64,000 nt of DNA from an uncultured Actinomycetes bacterium (GTDB taxonomy: Bacteria > Actinomycetota > Thermoleophilia > UBA2241). The notes beneath the pieces are model-generated. The model searched no databases. It had not been told where the DNA came from and saw only the letters and a list, made by a program, of their open reading frames with translations. The position numbers were made by a program, and so were the translations under genes. Shown here piece after piece: positions 18,404 through 26,586 of this stretch (the stretch's first letter is position 1; the number at the start of each line of letters is the position of its first letter). The stretch covers positions 416,001 to 480,000 of the forward strand of contig CAVYCN010000002.1 of NCBI GenBank assembly GCA_963767005.1, written 5' to 3'.

Positions 18404-19791
18404 GCGCCCGCCCCGCGCAGACCGTCGGCGATCGCGCCCGCGATGTGGTCGACCATCTCGTCGGTGAGACCCGGATACACACCGACCCAGAGCGCGTCCG
18501 TCATCAGGCGGTCCGTGTTCTCGAGGCTCGAGGCCACCCGGTAGCCGGCGCCGCTCGCGCGCAGCCCGTCGAAGCACGGCTGGCGGACGATGTTGCCGGC
18601 GAAGAGCATGCGGGTCTGCACGCCGGCCGCCTCGAGGTGGCCCACGAGACGATCGCGCACGATGCCGTCGTGCCGGGCCGCGGCGGTCAGGGTGAGCAGG
18701 CAGCCGAACCAGCTCGGCTCGCTGCCCGGCGTGGCGCGCGGCAGCACGAGCAGGTCGGCAAACGGCTCCAAGGCAGCGATCAGACGGGCGTGGTTCGCGC
18801 GGCGCCGCTCCGTGAACTCGTCGAGCCGGGCGAGCTGGGCGCAGCCGACCGCCGCCTGCAGGTCGGTGGGTCGCAGGTTGTAGCCAAAGTGCGAGTAGAC
18901 GTATTTGTGGTCGTAGCCGTAGGGCAGCTCACCCAGGTGGTGTGAGAAACGCCGCCCGCAGCTGTCGTCGACCCCGGGCGGGCAGACGCAGTCGCGCCCC
19001 CAGTCGCGCAGCGAGGCGACGATCGAGCCCAGCTCGGCGCTCGAGGTATAGACCGCACCGCCCTCTCCCATGGTCACGTGATGGGGCGGGTAGAAGCTGC
19101 TCGTGGCGAGGTCGCCGAAGGTCCCCGTAAGACGGCCCCCGTAGCGCGAGCCGAGGGCGTCGCAGTTGTCCTCGATGAGCCACAGCTCGTGCTCGTCGCA
19201 GAACGCCCGTACGGCCGCCACGTCGAAGGGATTGCCCAGCGTGTGGGCAAGGAACACGGCCTTGCTGCGCGAACCGAGCGCGGCGGGCAACAGGGTCGCG
19301 TCGACGTTGGCCGTGGCCGGGTCGACGTCGACGAACACCGGCACCGCGCCGTACTGGACGATGGGCGCCACCGTGGTCGGGAAGCCGGCGGCCACCGTGA
19401 TGACCTCGTCGCCGGGCATGACGCGGCGCTCGCCGAGGCGCGGGCTCGTCAGTGCCATGAAAGCCAACAGGTTGGCCGACGAGCCCGAGTTCACGAGCAG
19501 GCACCGGCGCACGCCGAGCAGCGCCGCGAGCTCGCGCTCGAAGCGCGCGCTGTAGCGTCCGGCGGTCAGCCAGAAGTCGAGCGCAGCGTCGACCAGGCCG
19601 ACGATCTCCGCGGCACCGAACACGCGCCCGCCGTAGGGCACGCGCGAGCTGCCCGGCACGAAGCTGTCGGGGTCGGTGCCGGGGGCGGCGAGGGCGCGCC
19701 GTGGCGCGCCCTCGCCGCCCCCGAACGCCTCGTCGTAGTAGCGCTCGACGAGGGCGAGGATCTCGATTCGCAGATCGTCGGCGCGTGTCAT
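18400..19791 (-). CDS. rfbH: CDP-4-keto-6-deoxyglucose 3-dehydrase (E1, DdhC/RfbH)
   Basis: VNSGSSANL, AHTLGNPF, EDNCDALG, SFYPPHHVTMGEGG (His in place of the Schiff-base Lys), Fe-S motif RDCVCPPGVDDSC, YDHKY. Confidence 0.95.
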   Translation of the reverse strand: MTRADDLRIEILALVERYYDEAFGGGEGAPRRALAAPGTDPDSFVPGSSRVPYGGRVFGAAEIVGLVDAALDFWLTAGRYSARFERELAALLGVRRCLLVNSGSSANLLAFMALTSPRLGERRVMPGDEVITVAAGFPTTVAPIVQYGAVPVFVDVDPATANVDATLLPAALGSRSKAVFLAHTLGNPFDVAAVRAFCDEHELWLIEDNCDALGSRYGGRLTGTFGDLATSSFYPPHHVTMGEGGAVYTSSAELGSIVASLRDWGRDCVCPPGVDDSCGRRFSHHLGELPYGYDHKYVYSHFGYNLRPTDLQAAVGCAQLARLDEFTERRRANHARLIAALEPFADLLVLPRATPGSEPSWFGCLLTLTAAARHDGIVRDRLVGHLEAAGVQTRMLFAGNIVRQPCFDGLRASGAGYRVASSLENTDRLMTDALWVGVYPGLTDEMVDHIAGAIADGLRGAGA

Positions 19792-20978
19792 ACCGTCCGT
19801 CCCGCGATCGCGGTCGCGCGTGCCGTAGCCCACTCCAGGCCGCTCTCTCGAGCGGCCGTCACGAAGGCGGCGACGTCGGCGCGCATCGCGACGCGAGCGT
19901 CGCCGCCGGCCGCCCGCTGTCGATACCAGGCGGCGCTGCGCGCGACGGCCTCGTCGACCGTCCAGACCGGCCGCACACCGAGCCGTTCGCGCGCCAGTGA
20001 GCTGTCGAGGGTGAGCGCCGCGGCCTCGTGCGGCTCTGCCGCGACGGAGCGCAGCGGATGCCAGGAGCCGGCGCCGTAGGCCGCCAGGAAGGCCGTGACC
20101 ACATCACCCACGGCCACGCAGCCGGCAGCGTCCGGTCCCAGGTTCCAGGCGCGGGCGAGCACGCCGTCGCCGGCCAGCAGGCGCGCGCCCAGCCAGAGAT
20201 ACCCGGCGAGCGGCTCGAGCACGTGCTGCCAGGGCCGCACGGCGTCGGGGCGGCGCACCACGACGGGTGTGCCGGCGGCCACGGCGCGCACGCAGTCGGG
20301 CACGAGACGGTCGACCGCCCAGTCGCCGCCGCCAATCACGTTGCCGGCGCGGGCGCTCGCCACCTGCACGCCGGCCGCGGCGCAGAAGCTCCTGCGGTAC
20401 GCCGCCGTGACGATCTCGGCGCAGCCCTTGCTCGCGCTATAGGGGTCGTGACCGCCGAGCGGGTCGTCCTCGGCAAACGGCGCGCGCGTCGCGGCGCGGC
20501 GCGCGCCGGCCGGCTCATCCTCTGTCTCCGGGTTCTCATAGCACTTGTCGCTCGTGACGACCACGACGGCGCGCACCGACTGACAGGCCCGTACCGCCTC
20601 GAAGAGGTTCACGAGGCCCATGACGTTCGTTGCGAACGTGCCATGCGGGTCGTCGTAGGAGGCGCGCACGATGGGCTGAGCGGCGAGATGCACGACGAGC
20701 TCGGGCGCAAAGCCGGCCACCGCCGCGGCGAGCGCGGCGAGGTCGCGTACGTCCCCGGCGACGTGCGCGACCTCGTCGTCCAGGCCACCCAGCACGAAGA
20801 GGCTCGGGTCGGTAGGCGGCTCGAGCGCGTAGCCTCCGACCACGGCGCCCAGGTCGGCGAGCCAGCCGCACAGCCACGAACCTTTGAAGCCGGTGTCGCC
20901 TGTCACCAGCACCCGCCGGCCTTCGTAGAGACCACCGAAGGGGGCGTCGCCGGTGTGCGGGGCTGCCTCGGGCGTCAC
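19788..20978 (-). CDS. rfbG: CDP-glucose 4,6-dehydratase
   Basis: VLVTGDTGFKGSWL, HLAAQPIVR, TSDKCYEN, DPYSASK, RAGNVIGGGDW, RPWQHVLEPL. Confidence 0.95.
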   Translation of the reverse strand: MTPEAAPHTGDAPFGGLYEGRRVLVTGDTGFKGSWLCGWLADLGAVVGGYALEPPTDPSLFVLGGLDDEVAHVAGDVRDLAALAAAVAGFAPELVVHLAAQPIVRASYDDPHGTFATNVMGLVNLFEAVRACQSVRAVVVVTSDKCYENPETEDEPAGARRAATRAPFAEDDPLGGHDPYSASKGCAEIVTAAYRRSFCAAAGVQVASARAGNVIGGGDWAVDRLVPDCVRAVAAGTPVVVRRPDAVRPWQHVLEPLAGYLWLGARLLAGDGVLARAWNLGPDAAGCVAVGDVVTAFLAAYGAGSWHPLRSVAAEPHEAAALTLDSSLARERLGVRPVWTVDEAVARSAAWYRQRAAGGDARVAMRADVAAFVTAARESGLEWATARATAIAGRTV

Positions 20979-21748
20979 CAGACCCTCCAGGGCGCCGCGC
21001 CCGAGCGCCAGAGCTGCTCGAGCAGGGCTTTGTCGCGCAGCACGTCGACCGGCTGCCAGAAGCCGCGATGTCGGTACGCCATGAGCTCGCCGTCGCGCGC
21101 GAGGCCTTCGAGCGGCTCGTGCTCGAAGTAGGTCTCGTCGCCGGCGATGTAGTCGAGCACGGCGGGCTCGAGCACGAAGAAGCCGCCGTTGACCCAGGCG
21201 CCGTCGCCGGCCGGCTTCTCGGTGAACGACGTCACGTGCCGGCCCTCGCGGTCGAGCTCGAGCGCGCCGAAGCGGCCGAGCGGCTGGACCGCCGTCACCG
21301 TGGCGAGGCGCCCGTGGCCGGTGTGGAAGTCGACGAGGGAGCCGATGTCGACGTCGGCCACGCCGTCGCCGTAGGTCAGCAGGAAGCGCTCGCCGTCGAG
21401 GTGCTCGGCGACGCGCTTCACCCGGCCGCCGGTCTGCGTGTCGGCGCCGGTGTCGACCAGCGTCACGCGCCAGGGCTCGACGTCGCCGTCGTGGACCTCC
21501 ATCGTGCGCCCCTGCAGGTCGAAGGTCACGTTCGCACTGTGCAGGAAGTAGTTGGCGAAGTACTCCTTGATCACGTAGCCCTTGTAGCCGAGACAGATCA
21601 CGAAGTCGGTGAAGCCGTAGTGGCCGTAGATCTTCATGACGTGCCACAGGAGCGGCCGGTCGCCGACCTCGGCCATGGGCTTCGGCTTGACCTGCGTCTC
21701 CTCCGACAGGCGAGTGCCGAGCCCGCCGGCAAGGATCACGACCTTCAC
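20975..21748 (-). CDS. rfbF: Glucose-1-phosphate cytidylyltransferase
   Basis: VKVVILAGGLGTRLSEET..KPKPM, CLGYKGYVIKEYF, TGGRVKR, LTYGDG, WVNGGFFV; GTG after GGAGG. Confidence 0.96.
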   Translation of the reverse strand: MKVVILAGGLGTRLSEETQVKPKPMAEVGDRPLLWHVMKIYGHYGFTDFVICLGYKGYVIKEYFANYFLHSANVTFDLQGRTMEVHDGDVEPWRVTLVDTGADTQTGGRVKRVAEHLDGERFLLTYGDGVADVDIGSLVDFHTGHGRLATVTAVQPLGRFGALELDREGRHVTSFTEKPAGDGAWVNGGFFVLEPAVLDYIAGDETYFEHEPLEGLARDGELMAYRHRGFWQPVDVLRDKALLEQLWRSGAAPWRVW

Positions 21749-21825
21749 GTGCGCCCTCCAGAGTGCGTCGATGGCCGAACGCCGCGCCGGGGGCGGCACC
21801 CCGTCTCCCGCGCGGCACAGCCCTT

Positions 21826-21907
21826 GTATCGGCACCGTTGCCCGTTTTGGTTACGGCGACGGCACGACGAACCCTCTCATCATCGGCGGGTCGGTCGTGT
21901 GACCTTA
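21826..21907 (-). promoter_or_regulatory. Tandem sigma28/WhiG-type promoters upstream of rfbF
   Basis: Minus strand TAAG-N16-GCCGATGA (21907-21880) and TAAC-N16-GCCGATAC (21853-21826). Confidence 0.7.
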
Positions 21908-21965
21908 AGGGGTCTTCGGGGGCCGCGGCGCTCCCCACGAGGGCCTCAGCCGAGGCGCGGGAGCC

Positions 21966-23153
21966 TCAGCCGAGGTGGAAGATACGCTGAATGTCGTTGT
22001 AGGTGATCAGGAAGAAGAGCGTGACGAGGACCACGACCCCGATCACGATCGCGCGCTCGAGCACGCGCGGGTCGACGCGCCGGCCGCGCACGGCCTCGAC
22101 GCTGTTGAAGAAGATGTGACCGCCGTCGAACGGCAGGAAGGGCAGCAAGTTGACGATCCCCAGGTTGACCGACACGAAGGCGAGCAGCAGCGGATACCAG
22201 CTCTGGCGCTCCGCGGTCTGCGACACCGAGAGGATGCCGACCGGGCCGGTGGCGCCCTCGGGCCCCGCCGGGTTGATCTTGCCCGTCACGACGAGCCAGA
22301 GCCCCCGGAAGGTGGCCCCCACGATGCGCGCGGTCTCGGCCACCGCCACGCCCGCAGCGCGCCAGGGCGTGGGATAGATCGGCGCGCCGCGCGGGCTCAC
22401 GCCGAGGAAGCCTTTGCCCGGCTGGCCGGGACGCGTCGTGAGCCTGACCGAGACGACCCTCGAGACACCTGTTGCCGTCCGGTAGCCGAGGCTGACGGTG
22501 TCGTGCGGGTGCGACTCGAAGAAGGTCGTCGTCTGATCCCAGGTGCGAAACACGACGCCGTTGCCCGACAAGAGGCGGTCGCCGGCGCGAAGACCGGCCG
22601 CGGCGGCCGGCGTGCCCTTCACGACCTGGGCGATCGTCAGCGTCGGCTTTGCCAGATAGCCCCCCGCCTGGATGAACACGAACATGATGACGACGGCCGC
22701 CACGAAGTTCATGACCGGGCCGGCCGCGATCGTGACGTTGCGCTGCCACACGGGCTTGCTCGAGTACGCGCGCGGCACGACGTCGTCGGGCAGCTTCTCG
22801 TCGGGCGTCATGCCGGAGATGCGACAGAAACCGCCCAGCGGGATCACACCGACGCCGTACTCGGTCTCGCCCCACCGGCGCCTCACCACCGCCGGCGGGA
22901 AGCCGATGTAGAAGCGCTCGACCCGCATGCCGAAGGCCTTCGCCGCCAGGAAGTGCCCGAGCTCGTGGACGAAGATGAGCAGCGCCAGGCCGAGCACCGC
23001 CACGAGGAGCGTCCAGTGCCCGGTGACCAGGAGCGCGGCGATGGCCACGAGCAGCAGCAGGCTCCACGGCGACGGGCCGCCGCGCTCAACGTCGCCGTCG
23101 ACCCCGGAAGGTCTCTCGGGGACCTGCCCGCTCTTGCGCGACGTCTGCGTCAA
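21966..23153 (-). CDS. rseP: RIP metalloprotease RseP (M50, PDZ)
   Basis: HELGH, PLGGF, AGPVMN, PDZ region, NLLPFLPFDGGH; TTG start after GAGGGAG. Confidence 0.93.
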   Translation of the reverse strand: MTQTSRKSGQVPERPSGVDGDVERGGPSPWSLLLLVAIAALLVTGHWTLLVAVLGLALLIFVHELGHFLAAKAFGMRVERFYIGFPPAVVRRRWGETEYGVGVIPLGGFCRISGMTPDEKLPDDVVPRAYSSKPVWQRNVTIAAGPVMNFVAAVVIMFVFIQAGGYLAKPTLTIAQVVKGTPAAAAGLRAGDRLLSGNGVVFRTWDQTTTFFESHPHDTVSLGYRTATGVSRVVSVRLTTRPGQPGKGFLGVSPRGAPIYPTPWRAAGVAVAETARIVGATFRGLWLVVTGKINPAGPEGATGPVGILSVSQTAERQSWYPLLLAFVSVNLGIVNLLPFLPFDGGHIFFNSVEAVRGRRVDPRVLERAIVIGVVVLVTLFFLITYNDIQRIFHLG

Positions 23154-23348
23154 GTCTCCCTCTGTCGGTCGTCCGGCCGAGCGTGCGCGCCGGCCCTGAG
23201 CCCATGATGCATCATCGGCACGCCGGGCGCGAACCGTATCGTTCCCGTCAAGCCTCTCATCGACGCAGCGGGCCACGGAAGGAGCCGCCGGGCGCCGTGG
23301 CCGGCCCCGCGGCGAAGGCCGCGCAGGTGGCGCAAGCCGGCTGCGAGA

Positions 23349-24692
23349 TCAGCGCGAGGCGGCGACGATCGCCGCCGCCTCGCGCCGCGCCAGCGCGTCG
23401 CAGGCGAAGACGTCGTCGAGACCAGCGATACGACCATCGCCCATGCCCTCGAGCACCCGCTCGACGACCTCGGCGATGGCGAGAAAGCCGATGCGACCGT
23501 CGAGGAAGGCCTGGACCGCCACCTCGTTGGCGGCGTTCAGGGCGATGGGGGCGGCGGCGCCCGCGCCGCCGCCCCCATCGCCCGGCGTGCTCCCTTCCCA
23601 GGCACGGGCGCCGGCCTCGCCGGCGGCTCGCGCCAGAGCGAGGCAGCGGAACGTCTCGGTGTCGGGCGCCGCGAAGGTGAGCTCTGCGGCGAACAGGTCG
23701 AGGGCCGGCACCATGGGCAACGGAGCGCGGTCGGGCCAGCTCAGTGCATAGCCGATCGGTACGCGCATGTCGGGGACGCCGAGGTGGGCCAGCACGGCGC
23801 CGTCCGAGAAGCGCACCAGAGAGTGCACGATGGACTGCGGGTGCACGACCACGCGCACCGCGTCGTAGGGCACCCCGAACAGCTCGTGGGCTTCGATCAC
23901 CTCGAGCCCCTTGTTCATGAGCGTCGCCGAATCGATCGTCACCTTGGGACCCATGACCCAGTTCGGGTGCCGCAGCGCCTGCGACGCCGTCACGCCGCCG
24001 AGCTCATCCGGCCCGCGCCCGCGAAACGGTCCGCCGGACCCCGTCAGCAGGATCTCCTCGGCGTGCAGCAGCGGGTCGTCGCCGGGTCGCCCGGCCGCGG
24101 CGCGCGCGGCCGGCATACTTGCCAGCGCGGCGCGGCCGGCGACACCCATCCTCCCCGCTCCAGGGCGACCCGCCTCGAGGCACTGGAAGATGGCGCTGTG
24201 CTCGCTGTCGACCGGCACGATCGCGCTGCCCGCGGCACGCGCGGCGGCCAGCACAAACGGGCCGCCGGCCACCATGCTCTCCTTGTTGGCGAGAGCCAGC
24301 GTCGCTCCCGCCTTGAGCGCGGCCAGGCTCGCGCGCAGGCCGGCGGCCCCCACGATCCCGTTCAGCACGACGAGCTCGGCTGCGGCGGCTCGAGCAGCGG
24401 CCGCCGCGCTCGCGATCAGCTCGGCGATGCCCTCGTCGCCGGCGAGGACCGGCCGGTCGGTCGCGGCCGCCGTCGCGGCGGCCGCCGTACCGTCGGCCAG
24501 GGCCAGCGCGGCGGCCGCGCCACACGACCCCGCGCAGTCGAGCAGGCCGGCGCCGTCGCTGCCGGCCACAAGACCGACCACCGACAGTCCGGGCAGCACG
24601 GCCGCGACCTCGATCGCCTGCCGGCCGATCGAGCCGGTGGCGCCCAGGATGACGAGCTGCCGCGGCGGCCGCTCAGCCGGGGACTCATGCAT
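23349..24692 (-). CDS. dxr: 1-deoxy-D-xylulose 5-phosphate reductoisomerase
   Basis: ILGATGSIG, LANKES, PVDSEH, GSGGPF, HPNWVMGPKVTIDSAT, LNAANE; two in-frame insertions. Confidence 0.97.
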   Translation of the reverse strand: MHESPAERPPRQLVILGATGSIGRQAIEVAAVLPGLSVVGLVAGSDGAGLLDCAGSCGAAAALALADGTAAAATAAATDRPVLAGDEGIAELIASAAAAARAAAAELVVLNGIVGAAGLRASLAALKAGATLALANKESMVAGGPFVLAAARAAGSAIVPVDSEHSAIFQCLEAGRPGAGRMGVAGRAALASMPAARAAAGRPGDDPLLHAEEILLTGSGGPFRGRGPDELGGVTASQALRHPNWVMGPKVTIDSATLMNKGLEVIEAHELFGVPYDAVRVVVHPQSIVHSLVRFSDGAVLAHLGVPDMRVPIGYALSWPDRAPLPMVPALDLFAAELTFAAPDTETFRCLALARAAGEAGARAWEGSTPGDGGGGAGAAAPIALNAANEVAVQAFLDGRIGFLAIAEVVERVLEGMGDGRIAGLDDVFACDALARREAAAIVAASR

Positions 24693-24715
24693 CGTGCCTC
24701 CTGATCGTTCGCTTT

Positions 24716-24882
24716 GACTACGTCGTCGTCGCTCAGGCAAGCGTGACTTCGTCGCGCGCCTAGTCCGTCGATTCGACTACGTCGTCGTCGCTCAGGCAAG
24801 CGTGACTTCGTCGCGCGCCTAGTCCGTCGATTCGACTACGTCGTCGTCGCTCAGGCAAGCGTGACTTCGTCGCGCGCCTAGT
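24716..24882. repeat. 59-bp tandem repeat (about 2.8 identical copies), intergenic cdsA-dxr
   Basis: Unit gactacgtcgtcgtcgctcaggcaagcgtgacttcgtcgcgcgcctagtccgtcgattc starts at 24716, 24775 and 24834; contains the cdsA TAG stop. Confidence 0.95.
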
Positions 24883-25660
24883 GCAAAAGGAGGATCACGT
24901 AGTAGCCCGCCACGGCGGCGAACAACAAGCCGTCGAACCGGTCGAGCATGCCGCCGTGGCCGGGAAAGAACCGCCCGGCGTCCTTGATCTCGACGTCGCG
25001 CTTGAGCAACGACTCGAACAGGTCGCCCAGGGGCGCCACCACGCCGATCACGAGCCCGAGGATGAGCGAGTCCAGCTCGCCGATGCCGTGGTAGTAAAGG
25101 CCGATGAACACGACCATCAGGACCGTGCCGATGAAGCCGCCGACGAAACCCTCCCAGGTCTTCTTTGGCGAGAGTCGCGGCGCCATGGGCGTGGCGCCGA
25201 ACCAGCGGCCGGTGAAATAGGCGACCGTGTCGCCAGCCCAGGACCCGAAGATGATCATGAGGGCGTAGCCCTGACCGTCGGCGAGACGCCGGACGAGCTC
25301 GAGGTGACCCACGCCAAAGCCCACGTAGACCAGGCCGAGCATGGTGATGGCCACCCGCACGCTGACCCCGGGTCGCGGGCCCGGCGCGGCGCCCAGGACG
25401 AACGAGAGCAGCAGACCCAGGGCGACGATCCCCATGAGCGCCCGCGGTGAGTACGTCCAGGCGGCCCACGCCATGAGGCCCACGCCCACGAGCGCGATCA
25501 GCGTGAACGGACGATACGGCCGCATCATGCGGCAAAACTCGTTGGCCGCGACGAGCGCCACGATGAGCGCAACCACGAAGAAGGGGACTCCGCCGTGTAT
25601 CGTCACCACGAGCGCGAGGAGGGCGAGCACGACGCCCACGATGACGCGCGTGCCTAGCAC
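24878..25660 (-). CDS. cdsA: Phosphatidate cytidylyltransferase
   Basis: WAGDTVAYFTG, SPKKTWEG, GDLFESLLKR...KDAG..FPGHGGMLDRFD; GTG after GGAGG. Confidence 0.95.
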   Translation of the reverse strand: MLGTRVIVGVVLALLALVVTIHGGVPFFVVALIVALVAANEFCRMMRPYRPFTLIALVGVGLMAWAAWTYSPRALMGIVALGLLLSFVLGAAPGPRPGVSVRVAITMLGLVYVGFGVGHLELVRRLADGQGYALMIIFGSWAGDTVAYFTGRWFGATPMAPRLSPKKTWEGFVGGFIGTVLMVVFIGLYYHGIGELDSLILGLVIGVVAPLGDLFESLLKRDVEIKDAGRFFPGHGGMLDRFDGLLFAAVAGYYVILLLH

Positions 25661-25697
25661 GAGCGGCCTCCGCGCCGTGGCTGAGGCGAGCGCGACC

Positions 25698-26549
25698 TCA
25701 TCGGCCCCCGAATCGCCGGGTCCGCGTCGCATACACGGCGAGCGCCTGGTCGAGGTCGTCCGGACCGAAGTCGGGCCAGAGCTTGTCGCTGAAGTAGAGC
25801 TCGGTGTAGGCGAGCTGCCAGAGCAGGAAGTTCGAGATGCGTTCTTCGCCGCTCGTCCGGATCAGCAGTTCGGGGTCGTGCATCTCGGGCGCATAGAGGC
25901 GCGCCGCGAGCGCCTCCTCGGTCACAAGCTCCGCGATGGCCCGGGTCGAGCGGGACGCGTCGCCGGGTTCGTCGCCCAGGGTCGCCGCAGTCGCCGTCAG
26001 CGCCTGCGCGGCGAGCGCCCGGGCCGCGTCGACGATCTCGGCGCGGGCGCCGTAGTTGAAGGCGATGAACATGGTCATCGCCGGCGCGGCCGGGTTGGCG
26101 GCCTCGGCCGCGTCGATGCGGGCGAGAAGGTCGGCGGCGACTCCCTCGCGGCGTCCGACGAACGTCACGCCCACGCCGCGACCCTGCACCTCGGGCACCT
26201 CGGTCTCGATCTGTTCGACGAACAGCTCCATGAGAGCGTCGACCTCGTCGCGCGGACGCCGCCAGTTCTCGCTCGAGAACGAGTAGACGGTCACTTCAGC
26301 GAGACCGCGGTCGAGGGAGTGCTCGATCAGGTCGCGCAGGGCCTTCGCGCCGGCCCTGTGCCCGGCCGCCACCGGCAGGTGCCGGCGCCTGGCCCAGCGC
26401 CCGTTGCCGTCCATGATCACCGCCAGGTAGCGGCACGTCGCGCCGCCGGCCGCCTGCTCGGCGGCCGCGCCACGAGCAAGGCGGCGGGCCGCGCCGGCCT
26501 TACGCAGCAGCGACGACTGCCGTCTCGGTGTGGGATCGTCTGAGCTCAC
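25698..26549 (-). CDS. uppS: Polyprenyl (undecaprenyl) diphosphate synthase
   Basis: IMDGNGRWA, YSFSSENWRRP, NYGAR, IRTSGEERISNFLLWQ. Confidence 0.96.
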   Translation of the reverse strand: MSSDDPTPRRQSSLLRKAGAARRLARGAAAEQAAGGATCRYLAVIMDGNGRWARRRHLPVAAGHRAGAKALRDLIEHSLDRGLAEVTVYSFSSENWRRPRDEVDALMELFVEQIETEVPEVQGRGVGVTFVGRREGVAADLLARIDAAEAANPAAPAMTMFIAFNYGARAEIVDAARALAAQALTATAATLGDEPGDASRSTRAIAELVTEEALAARLYAPEMHDPELLIRTSGEERISNFLLWQLAYTELYFSDKLWPDFGPDDLDQALAVYATRTRRFGGR

Positions 26550-26586
26550 CGCTCGTGAGGTCTGCCTCTCCTTGCGGGGAGAGGCG

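Noticed and set aside
21943-21975. 13-bp direct repeat gcctcagccgagg at the rseP end, and gcctcagcc at 9196, as island att/target duplication
   Set aside because: GGC-TGA-GGC recurs at several stop codons (for example 10010), the shared match is only 9 bp, and no mobility gene is present.
23212-23251. GCCGATGA upstream of rseP as a sigma28 promoter
   Set aside because: The -35 position reads TACG, a poor match, and sigmaA-like hexamers (TTGACG, TACGGT) overlap it; ambiguous.
24716-24882. CRISPR array interpretation of the tandem repeats (also 50012-50145)
   Set aside because: Units are contiguous and identical with no unique spacers, and there are no cas genes in the window.
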